Positions 24,613 to 35,600 of a stretch of DNA of 64,000 nucleotides are shown piece by piece; the stretch's first letter is position 1, and the number at the start of each line of letters is the position of its first letter. Location: NCBI RefSeq assembly GCF_032191835.1, contig NC_083237.1, positions 23,684,001 through 23,748,000 of the forward strand. The letters run 5' to 3'. Both the position numbers and the translations under genes were made by a program. A model generated the notes under the pieces. The model had not been told where the DNA came from. It made no database searches and worked only from the letters and a program-made list of their open reading frames with translations. Origin of the DNA: Heteronotia binoei. Lineage: Eukaryota.

Positions 24613-26745
24613 GTAATTCCTGCACATTCCACCTTGTGTGTCTCACTTTGGAGGCCAGCTGTTTGGCAGCATTCTAGTGCATGCTGGGAAATTGATCTGC
24701 CCTTTTTCTCTCCTTGTAGGGACATGGTGCTGATAATTCATGGCTTCCCCTCTGATGTGGCTGCCTTGCGGGTAAGGTGTTCCTGTTTCAGCTCACAGAG
24801 GTTGAGCTACCTTAACAATGGGATACTCCCCCCTCTGCTAATTTTAATGCAAACCTAAGTGTCAAACTGATTTCCCATCTTGTCACTCTGCCGCAGTTTG
24901 AATGGGCTTGGCAGCACCCGCATGCCTCTCGCCGTCTCACCCACGTCACCCGTCGCACTTCAAAGGAGCGCCAGTTTGACTTCCACCTCCGTGTCTTAGC
25001 CCACATGCTCCAAACTGCCCCCTGGTGCCGCCTACCACTCACCATACGATGGCTCAAGCAAGAATATCACAGAGACTTTCCTCCGGGCCTGCAACCTCCC
25101 TTACACATGCCAGTAGCCTTTGGTCAAGTCCGTGCTGTCAGGAGAACCCAGGGAGCGAAACCAGAGTCCTCTGAAGAACTACCAGTGACTCCAGAATGCT
25201 GCAGCATCTGTCTAAAAAGGTTCCAGGTAATGTCAATTCTGCAAGGTCAGCAAGATAATGGAGTGGAGAAGGACGGGGTGGGGGTGGGGCTAAGAAGCGA
25301 GGTATGTTCCTTGACTTAGGAGCAAAGTTTGCTTTTTATTTTTCCTATTTTTATACTGCTTCTGCTTGGCTCAAGTGAACAAATGACTTGCTTCAAAGGA
25401 CTTGGTGGGAGAAGTGGGGGAGAAGGGCTGTAGCTCAGTGGTGGAGCTTGTTTTGCATGCAGAAGCTCCTAAATTCAATCCTTGCAGTTAAAAGGACCAG
25501 GTGTAACAGGTGGTGTGGATGACCTCAGCCTGAGACCCTGGAGAGCTGCTGCCAGTCTGAGTAGACAGTACTGACATTGATGGACTGATGATTCAATGTA
25601 AGCTTTCAGTACATATGAGAGTTTGGCTATAAGCAAGGGAATGGAAACTATTTCTTTATGCAGCTGACCAAATGGGCTCAAGCAGCTGAAGGATTTTTGT
25701 TTGGCATACTTGTCAAGTCTTTAAAAATTCTACCAGGCAATACATCCTCTAAGCTGTGCAGTCCTGTGAGCAAAAATTCTACTTCATGAGCTACTGGCAT
25801 TAAAGTTTTGAGCTGCTGCATAAATTAGTTTGCTCTGGGGCCATATTCCTGAGCTAAGAAAAACTGTGTGAGCCAGAGACTAAAAAACTGTGAGCTAGCT
25901 CACACTAACTCAACTTAAAGGGAATGCTGCTATCAGGCTCTTCTTTTGTTCTTGCAACAAACTAGCACCCCTCTGTAACCAGAATCTTTTTCTTTGTAGG
26001 AGGAGGAGGAGAACGATATCTCCTTGCGTTGTTTCCATGCTGGCTGCTCCATGGCAGCCCATATTATTTGCCTGGCCCAAACCTTCCTACAGAAAGAACC
26101 AGATCAGTTGCTGCCTATAGAAGGGGAATGCCCATGGTAAGCAACCCCTCCTATGCCCTGGCAAAGCAAAAGAGGCGACTATCTTTGACTGCCGACACAT
26201 TTCCCATCCCAACTACGACATCCATTTATCCCTATTTTTTCCTTCCTAGCTGCAAGAATCTTGTGCTCTGGGGAGACCTGATTCGCCACCATAAAGGGTG
26301 CTATGGAGACCTAGAGGCTGACCCCGCCACCTCCTCCCAGGTAAATTTCTTTACCCCGGAACTCCTAGGCCTGATTCTGTTAGAAGCCTCACTCCATATA
26401 TTGCAAGTACCCCCCTTCCTTCTCTAAACCTTTTCTCTTTATACCCCTCTGAACATGCTTTCTTGGCTCCTGTTCAGCAACAGTAAGAAATCTTGTACAA
26501 GTAAGAAGGTAACCTGTTCCTGCTTTGTGGACTCCCATCATTCCCTACCCTAATCCTTATCAGTTCCACTTGGATATCTTTATTGCATCCCATGTAACTG
26601 TCTCCCCTTTCCTTCATGTCTGCAGGAACACTGGGCTGATGAGCTGAACTGTGATGGGGTTAGTAGAAACGCATCTGAGGATGACTCCTCTTCTTCAGTG
26701 GAAGATGACCTTGGAAGCCTAGCAGTTAGACTGGGCCTTTCTTAA
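24440..26745 (+). CDS. SLX1: Structure-specific endonuclease subunit SLX1 (GIY-YIG + RING-like), 300 aa
   Basis: join(24440..24612,24720..24771,24897..25226,26000..26136,26250..26340,26626..26745)=903 nt; [23 protein letters not shown], Cys/His zinc ligands, LWGDL; acceptor at 24400/24401 with an in-frame TAG before the ATG. Confidence 0.96.
24720..24771 (+). CDS. SLX1: SLX1 coding exon 2
   Basis: [18 protein letters not shown]. Confidence 0.95.
24897..25226 (+). CDS. SLX1: SLX1 coding exon 3
   Basis: [14 protein letters not shown]...[13 protein letters not shown]...[10 protein letters not shown]. Confidence 0.95.
25738..25929 (+). mobile_element. hAT-type MITE family A, copy 4
   Basis: Same body; 8-bp TSD ctaccagg / ctatcagg. 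Confidence 0.8.
26000..26136 (+). CDS. SLX1: SLX1 coding exon 4
   Basis: [22 protein letters not shown]...LLPIEGECP. Confidence 0.95.
26250..26340 (+). CDS. SLX1: SLX1 coding exon 5
   Basis: [17 protein letters not shown]. Confidence 0.95.
26626..26745 (+). CDS. SLX1: SLX1 last coding exon
   Basis: EHWADEL...LGLS*; AATAAA at 26875-26880. Confidence 0.88.
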   Translation, partial: EHWADELNCDGVSRNASEDDSSSSVEDDLGSLAVRLGLS

Positions 26746-26975
26746 GCTTCCTGGATGGCAGGGAGTCTCCTTACCTCTCTCCAGCTGGATCCGGGCTTTT
26801 TAAACTCACCCCTTCCCCCACAATTATGTTTCAAGTGAGAAGACAAACTTAACTTTAAGTGGACCATGTACATAAATAAAGAGACTGAGATTGAGGCAAG
26901 ATGTCTGTGAAAGGACGAAGGGAGCAGGGGACTAGTTTAACTCTTCTAGGAAGTAAGCATCAGAATAACTCAACT

Positions 26976-27650
26976 GAATCATAGAGCTGGAAGGGGCTAT
27001 ATGGCCCATCTCGTCCAACCCCTGCTCAATGCAGGATCAGCCAAGAGAGCCAGTTTGGTGTAGTGGTTAAGTGCGAGGACTCTTATCTGGGAGACCCGGA
27101 TCTGATTCCTAATTCCTCCACTTGCACCTGCTAGCATGGCCTTGGGTCAGCCATAGCTCTGGCAGAGGTTGTCCTCCAGCCCCCCCCCCACCTCACAGGG
27201 TGTCTGTTGTGGGAGGAGAAGATATAGGAGATTGTAAGCCACTCTGAGTCTGATTCAGAGATAAGGGTGGAGTATAAATCTGCAATTCTTCTTCTTCTTC
27301 TCATCCCCGACAAGTGTTCACTCAGCTGCTGCTTAAAGACTGCCAGCGAGGGGGAGCTCACTACTTCCCCAGGTAGCTGCTTCCACTGTTGAACTACTCT
27401 TACTGTAAAAAAAGTTTTTCCTAATATCCAGCTGTTACCTTCAATACCTTTAATTTAAACCCATTATTACAAGTTCTCTCCTCTGCTGCTAACAGGAACA
27501 GCTCCTTGCCCTCCTCTGTGACAGCCCTTCAAATACTTCAAAAGCCATCATCCCCCACCCCGCCTCACCCTCCTCTTCTCCAGACTGAACATTCCCAAGT
27601 CTGTCAGCCTTTCCTCATAGGGCTTGGTCTCTGGGCCCCTGATCATCCTT
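26976..27650 (-). mobile_element. CR1 LINE 3' fragment interrupted by a SINE (27047-27302)
   Basis: gaatcatagagctggaagggg...tccaacccctgctcaatgcagg CR1-type end, resumes after a (ttc)n SINE tail; similar CR1 ends at about 50937-51150 (-) and 55300-55625 (+). Confidence 0.7.
27047..27302 (+). mobile_element. tRNA-derived SINE (MIR/Anolis SINE2-like), full length
   Basis: gagagccagtttggtgtagtggttaag head, (ttc)n tail. Confidence 0.75.
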
Positions 27651-30600
27651 GCCAGTGAAAGTCTATCTTCACACAGGACCCTGGAAGCTCTCTTCCATTG
27701 ACTGTTGTCTGAGTGGTGCCACTAAAATTCCAAATAGCACAGCCAGAATAAGACAGAAATGTAGGCCATGAACCCTAGCATGCAACAGTAAAACTGACCA
27801 TCACAGTAATAAATATTTACAGAGTGGACTGGGCACCCTAAGTTGGGCAGTGTACAAATGTTTTAAATAAAAGTAATACATAATGCAGAAGATGTATGGT
27901 TCTTGGCCACAGGATGGAAAAAGTTGTGACTCTGAAGTGGAGATGACCACACTTCATGTATGCTGCTTTATTTGAGCAGCCACAGTCCTTATGTATGTTG
28001 TTTAGGAATCTTAATAGTTCAGAGCAGTAGGCCAGTATTATTCTCATAACTGCACATAGAGAAGGGAAGACGAAGAGAGTAGGGCTTTGCCTGTGGCAAC
28101 CAAGGAAATTTATGAAGTGGGAGATGAGCCAGTCTGCCACTAATCAGATGGACAACTATAGTTTGAAGGTGGGCTCACTCTAGAGAATCACAGAGTTGAA
28201 AGGGACCTTATTTATAAAGCATTTTAAAAACTAGTTGGTTCAGATCATATGAACATATGAAGCTGCCTTCTACTGAATCAGGCCCTCGGTCCAGCAAAGC
28301 CAGTATTGTCTACTCAGACTGGCAGCGGCTCTCCAGGTACTCAAGTGGAGGTTTTTCACGTCTATTTGCCTGGACCCTTTTTAGTTGGAGATGGCGGGGA
28401 CTGAACCTGGGACCTTCTGCTTACCAAGCAGATACTCTTATCACTGAGTCACTGTCCCTCCCCTAATCAGAAGGCAATCTTGTCCCACGCTCTGTCCCAA
28501 GTTTCTTAAAGCAGCCATGGGGATTTTATTTACATCCTGTCCATCATGGAATTCAAGGTGGTGTGCACAGGGGTCCCAAGGAGTCTCTCTTCCAGGCACT
28601 GACTGGACTTGCTTCACTTCAGTAGAACTGCTGTTATTAGGGGTACTGCAACACTGAGACTGATACAAACAGCTGACCGTGCCAACACATCCTCTTGCTG
28701 TGGCCATTCCAACACATTTTTTAAAAAGTCTGGACTCTGTTGTGATGAAAGCTCCATATACTATAGATGCTGTGTTGCTTTTGCAGATGATCAGCTTTGG
28801 CTAGAAGTGGTCCACTGGATGCTCGAAGCAATCCCCCTGGCCAGGGGAGTGTTGGGGGATTCCTACCAGATTTTTATTAGGGCAGATGTCTTAGTATGTG
28901 AATGACTGGCACTGTATATATTCAAACCTTGTAACGTGTTTCTGGAAAGGTGAGAAATAACTTAAGCAGATCTAGAACCGACTGTTTTTTTTAAGTAACC
29001 CTTTTAACACAGAAACACCTCAACAGCCAAGTGGACTTTCTGTCTTAAAGCGCTTTAGCTTTGTAATGATGTGATTGCTGCTGGCACAGCTGAGGGCAAT
29101 ACAGTCTTAACTTAGCAACAGCAAGGGCATGCTCCCAGCCAGCGAAACCAATGCCAGGGATCCTTGGCATATGTTCACAGAACAGCACACCAGCTGTAAT
29201 TAAAAGAGTGAGACTAACATGGTTCTGGTTTCCCTACCCCATTCCTCTGACTCAGATCACCAGTTTTTCAACCAGTCCCATCAGCTGCACCATCCCTTAC
29301 TGCCTCCTAGACACAAGACCAGCAGGTGATAACATTACTCTCCATGCCACAATATTGAAAGCACCACGTCTGTTTCTGCACATGAAGCTGCGCAAACAGG
29401 CCAGCAAACCTTACTGCAAAGACTGCCCTGGAGTGATTTCAAGCTGAAATGGGCGGCACCTGGTTTGTCCTGGTCCTGGTGCAGTGTTACAAACCGTCCC
29501 CAGAGGCAGCTAGGGTCAGATTTGCTCCTACTTCTTTGTTCCTGTAGCATATTTCACTCTCAAAAACCTCACACAGCATGAATAGCTAATTTCAGTCACC
29601 GATACTGCAAGGTAGCAAAAGCATTACTTCTGCCAGTGCAGTACAAGGTCAAAGTGCTATTAAGATTTCAGCAAACAACCACAGTTATTGTGGCGACCTG
29701 TTGCATCTCCTGCCCCATTTAGGCAACCAGGCATACACATCAAAGAGATGACCTTGCTCAGCAAGGGTCATCTGGCATTAAAATAAGCAGCCTATTCAAA
29801 AGGTCTTAGTCCCCCGTCCTTCCAGCAACATTAGTTAGGCTGTGCTTATTACTTCAGCAACGCATTAAAAGATGGCATTTCACCTACACTGGCACATGCT
29901 GCTTGGATCACATTTGTCCCCCCCTCAGCCTCTTGCCAGAAGCAGATAAGAATTCTTTTCCCCACCCTGATTGAAGCAGAGACCCTTCAAAGGGATGGTT
30001 TGTCCTTGGCTCATGAGATGCTTGTGAAGAGGAGAACATCCCAAAGTCACTCAAACAGGTTAGCCGATATTCCCAACACCACACGCAGCTGTTCCCATCT
30101 TCTGAGCTGCAGGTTAAAAATGCTTCCACATACTCCCTTCTGTCATATGGACTAGTCTCGCAGGATGCTTCATCAAGACCTTCCTTGGCTGCAACCAAAG
30201 CAGAGGGTACATTATTAGAACAAGGAGTCAAGAGAGGGTACATTATTACAACAAGGAGTCAAGAGTTGCTCTCAGTCAATTTTGGGTATCGTTGAAGACC
30301 AACACTGAACATAAAACCCCCACCTAACAAGGCCCAAGGCTAAGAATAGATTGATTTGTGCCACAGCTTTTTTTTCATGTAGAAAATTGTTGTGCAAACA
30401 TTTCAGGGAAACTTGCAGGTTTGGGGAAAACTTCGTCGGGTTCCTCTTCAAGAAGATATTGGCAAACAAGCTTCCCCCAAAGAAAACTTCCCAGCAGTTC
30501 CTGATCTTTCCTTGCAACACAAAGAAACTGGGGCAGGTAAGATGTGTTGTTACATAGGGTGAGAGTGAGGCCCAAAATGTGCAAGCCAAGAATGCCCCAC

Positions 30601-32145
30601 CCCCAGGAACACCGGACTGCAGCTGGCATGTCAGAACCCAAAATTGGGTTGCAGGACTTTGACATGCTAGCTTTCTAGAGGAAGTGAATTTTTGACATGA
30701 GACATTTCATTTTCAATCCTTGAATCCCCTTCTGAGCATGCTCAGTAGAAGAAGAAGAAACTGGATTTATAACCCGACCTACACGCCGAATCTCAGAGCA
30801 GCTCACAATCATAGGGCCTGTAAAACGGAGCTGTTCCACCAGGTCCTTGGATGAGGCAGCGGGCATCCATCTATTAGATCGGTTGGCCTCTCCCTACGCT
30901 CTTAAGACCCACTGCATCACTGTATTGTGGAGCTATACCATCTTGCTTCATACCACCTTGCTGAATTTAACTTACTGCACTTACTGAATGTTAAATTTGT
31001 TTTTATTATGATTTTATTGTGATTTTAATTTAAATTGTTGTACTCCGCTCTGAGCCCCCCAAAAGGGGGAAGGGGCAGAATAGAAATAAACTAATAATAA
31101 TAATCTCCTTTACCTTCCTCCCTCACAATAAACACCCTGTGAGGTAGGTGGGGCTGAGAGAGCTCTTATGGCAGCTGCTCTTTCAAGGACAACTCTGCAA
31201 GAGCTATGGCTGACCCAAGGCCATTCCAGTAGCTGCAAGTGGAAGAGTGGGGAATCAAATGCAGTTCTCCCAGGTAAGAGTCTGCACACTTACCCACTAT
31301 ACCAAACTGGCTCTCTTGGGAGCCTGCAATTCTTTAGCAGGGACCCCACATGCCTCAGAACTGGGCGAGAAGAGGGCTGCTGCACCAGGTTCCTTCTCCT
31401 CCTGGTCGGCACCTCTCAGCAGCTTCTTCCTCCCTGGTCCATCAGCTCCCTTTTAGAGCCCACCCCTCCTCAGATGTAAGTAAAGATCAGCTCAGAGGGC
31501 AATCCAAACTTACTAACTCTGACACCCAATGTGAAACTTAACCTGGGTCACCAAATACCAGTCTCCAATGTCCATAGGAAGACCATACATGACTTCTTTT
31601 TAAAAGATTTGACAGACTCACTTCAAATGTGACTCTAGTGATGCAGTTGCCATGGATACAACAACCCAATGCCTATTAGGTATGATTAAATGCGCCAAGG
31701 TAGTCCTTCCCCAGAAAGCAGGAGAGGACAGGGGTCTCAGGCAGGGCTACAATCGCTGGAATCCTATGGATACCGATTCACAAACAACTCTTAACTGCAC
31801 AGAATTGTACTTGTTCAGCCTTTTCCCCCAACACAAAATGGCACCAAGAAGCAGCCATTTTCTATTTTGGGGGGAAATACAGGAACTATAAGGGCAAAAT
31901 ATCAGTTCCACAGGGCTGCTTCAAGAAAAAAAGGCAAGGGGGAGAGGCATTAGCCCCCGCCCCATTCATGCTGGGGAGCCACATTGGCTCCTAAGCACCT
32001 GATTTTTAAAAGCAGGGGGGGGGGGGTAGAAGCTCTGTTCATGGAAGTCCCAATGTCTTGTTTAGTTCTACCCTCAAACACACACATAACACCCATGTGC
32101 TGTTAGTTGAGGCCCTAAAGGGGAGCAAAGGAAGGCTGTGGACTT

Positions 32146-32633
32146 TTACCATGAGTGGCGTCTCTGGTGGTTCACCACATGTGAACGCCGTGTGAACCTC
32201 TTCCCACAGTAAGCGCACTGGTGGGGTTTCTCTCCCGAATGAATGAGGAGGTGTTTTGTGAGGGTTGCATTCCGGTTGAAGCTATTCCCACATTCTGGGC
32301 ACTGGTAGGGCTTCTCGCCTGTGTGGATCCTTTCATGTCTAATGAGGTCCCACTTCTTGCGGAACCTTTTCCCACACTCCTTACACAAGTGCCGTTTGAG
32401 TTCCGGGTCAGCAAGGACCCCATCGAGGTCTTTGTCCTTCAGCACTCCGACTGAGAGACAGCTCTTCTGCGGTCTTCCCAGGCTCAGCTCACTCACGTAC
32501 GTTCTTTTAGGGTCAGCCCTCTGGAAGGCACCCTCTCGAAATCCTCCTTGAGGTCTCCTTCCTGGATCATCTGCCTCGGACTCTCCCTGGTGTACCTCCT
32601 TGGCCCCGATTCTGCTTGCAAAGCTGCTACCTG
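32146..32633 (-). CDS. ZNF-A last exon, three C2H2 fingers
   Basis: [32 protein letters not shown]...[28 protein letters not shown]. Confidence 0.92.
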
Positions 32634-35600
32634 CTGGGAAGAAAACATCTGGCAAGTCACATTAACAAGCTGGTATCACTGCAGATTTGCAGAGAGAGGC
32701 CTGTGTTCATTCTACCATGAAGTCACCTTTGGCCAATTACTTCCTCCTCCCTTTCCCCTCTTCCCTTCTGTAGTTTTCCCTAATAAAAATGTGGAATATG
32801 ACTACATTGCATTTGAAGGGATGAATTCTGACTCACAAAAGCTCATGCTGGTACTAGGATTGCCAGCTCCAGGTTGAGAAATACTTGGAGATTTTGGGGG
32901 TAGAGACTGAAATGGGCGAGGTTTGCAGAAGGGACACACTTCAGGGGGTATAATGCCATAAAGCCCATCTTCCAAAGTGGTCATTTTCTCCAGGGGAACT
33001 GACCTCTGTCACCTGGAGATCAGTGGTAATCCCAAGAGGTCTTCAGTCACCACCTGGAAGCTGGCAGCCCTAGCTGGAATCAATGACGTTCGTCTTCAAG
33101 GTGCCACTGGACCAGGGGAAGAACCTCAGACACCACCCTGAGGTCCATGTTGGGATTCAATGGAAAAGGGTAGACCAGCAGGTGTTTTGTTTTGCTTTTC
33201 CAGCTACCAAGGAGTATAAAATGTCTCCAGTGCAACATTCAGCAAAGCTAAGATTTTAACTTAAAGCAAGTCTCTAGCCCTTAAGATCATTTTGAACATG
33301 TGCAGGTCCTTTGCCATACAGTAGCCACCACTGGTGATTCAGGCCTAAGAACCTGATGCCACTAATAGGGCCAAGGACCTTCTAGTGGCATCAGCTTCTT
33401 AGGTGTGAAGATTTGGGGTGGCATATGTTGGGTGCTACGCACTATACTGAGGATCGCTTCAAGCCTAATGTTTGATCCCCTCTCCCAAGTTCCAGATCGA
33501 GGGGGAAGGGAGGAGGCCTAAGAACCTGATGCCACTAATGGGGCCAAGGACCTTCTAGTGGCATCAGCTTCTTAGGTGTGAAGATTTGGGGTGGCATATG
33601 TTGGGTGCTACGCACTATACTGAGGATCGCTTCAAGCCTAATGTTTGATCCCCTCTCCCAAGTTCCAGATCGAGGGGGAAGGGAGGAGGCCTAAGAACCT
33701 GATGTCACTAATGGGGCCAAGGACCTTCTAGTGGCATCAGCTTCTTAGGTGTGAAGATTTGGGGTAGCATATGTTGGGTGCTACGCACTATACTGAGGAT
33801 CACTTCAAGCCTAATGTTTGATCCCCTCTCCCAAGTTCCAGATCGAGGGGGAAGGGAGGAGGAAGTAACTGGCCAAAGGTGACTTCATGGTAGAATCCCC
33901 ACCCCTGCTTCACATTCCTTTAGACAGTCTTTTTTTTCACTCCCCCCTCTTTTTGCTCAGCATCATGAAGATGCTGGTTTTTCCATGGCAAGGACGTTTG
34001 CCGCCCAGAACTTACAAGTACTCTCAGAGCCGTCATCCTTATTGTCAGCTTGGCTGGTCTCCTTGGGAGGATGTCTCTGCGTTGTATCAGACAGAGCCTG
34101 ATCTATGATAGGGGAGTTTATGATCACCATCTCAACAGGCACGGTTATCTGGGGAAAAACAAAACCACAGAGGATTGGGATAGCTGAAAAGGATAGGGTG
34201 AAAAGGAGCAGTGTAACTATACTCCCAAGATGCAGCACCTGCTTTGCTACTATAAGCGAGGGATAGCCGGTTTGCACAGAAAATAAAATGGGGTGTGTAG
34301 AATTTGGCATCCAGAAGGGCTTAGATTTTGTGTGGAACAAAACTCTGGTTCCTAGCCCATCTGATTGGACAAAGGAACTTGAAATAGTATGGGCACTCCC
34401 TGAGGACATTTTGGGTGCATATAGACTACATTAAATAATGTTTTGCAGCTGGATTTTTGCTATTCTTAACACAGTAAAAATCTAGTTGCAAAATGCATCA
34501 GTGTAGTATGAACACACCCTTTGAAAAGCCAAGCCATGAGATTTCCCTTGATTAGGGAAAGAGGTTTCCCCTATGAATGTTGAAAGTGACCACCTGAATA
34601 TTTACCATAAGAAGTACAGTGTGTGGATGCATGAGACAGCCAGGGAATCCACAGAGTATATGGGTCGGATCCAACAGGCTTTTCTGATTAAAAAAAAAGG
34701 GAGTCCCTATTTGGCTATGCTGGAGAACATGGGACCTTCATATATAAAAGCCATATGGGACAGGGGCTGGAATAAGGAGTAAAATTGTTACAGATTGAAA
34801 AAAATTGGCTGGATCAATGTGTGCCATGGGAGAGAAGGCAGGGTGGGGAAAACGGCAAAGTCCCTGTGGTTCTACTTGCACCCAGGAGTGACACAACTGC
34901 ACCGCCCACTGCGGACAAAGTTAGTCAACATGCTCCTTCTGCCATTGCCATATTGGAAACCAAGGGCTGCCCACTTCAGGCTGAAGTCATCACTTCCCTC
35001 ATCTATGGCAAAGGTGCCACACAACTGTACTCACAATTCAAGCTGATACAGATGCATCAGAATGCATTTCTGCTTGGTCAGCAAGCTCTGGCTCCACTGA
35101 ACACACAAAGCTGCCTTATTCTGGATCAAACTATTGGTCCAGCAAGGTCAGTACTGTCTACTCAGACCACCTACTTTCCCAGCTCTTGTTACTGGAGATG
35201 CCAGAGACTGAACCTAGGGCCATCTGCTTACCAAGCAGATGCTCTATCACTGGGCCAGGACCCCACAGATGACATTCTGAGTGGGACTATAACAAAAAAA
35301 ATTATAACAGCCTGCACACTCAAGCAAATTCATGCTGCTTTCAGAGAAGGCAGGGCAGATTACCTCAATAGCTTGAATCCCATTATTTCTGTGGATGGAA
35401 GGGATTTTCCATCCATAGAGCCTGACTTTCTCACCTCCCCTGCTTGCTGCAGCCCCAAACGCCTCCTTAAATGTTGCTCCAGGGGGACAGCCCCTCCCCA
35501 AGAACAACATGAAGAAGGAACTGACTCCCCCCTTCTGTTGTAGCCAAGTCAAGCTCTGTTTAACCTTTTCTTAAATTTCTAAACGCAAAGGTGACTTTCA

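Larger units (their letters stand above)
32709..33896. repeat. 52-bp inverted repeat pair (32709-32760 / 33845-33896)
   Basis: 50/52 identity on hand alignment. Confidence 0.9.

Noticed and set aside
30202-30263. 31-bp tandem duplication (and a 16-bp one at 3952-3983)
   Set aside because: Simple two-copy slippage events with no further structure
33341-33859. CRISPR-like repeat array
   Set aside because: Eukaryotic context; whole 173-bp units repeat with no unique spacers; no cas genes
34785-35543. 252-aa plus-strand ORF
   Set aside because: TTG start, antisense within a ZNF-A intron, reads through a SINE fragment (about 35125-35245), no recognisable domain; would be reconsidered with Ribo-seq support
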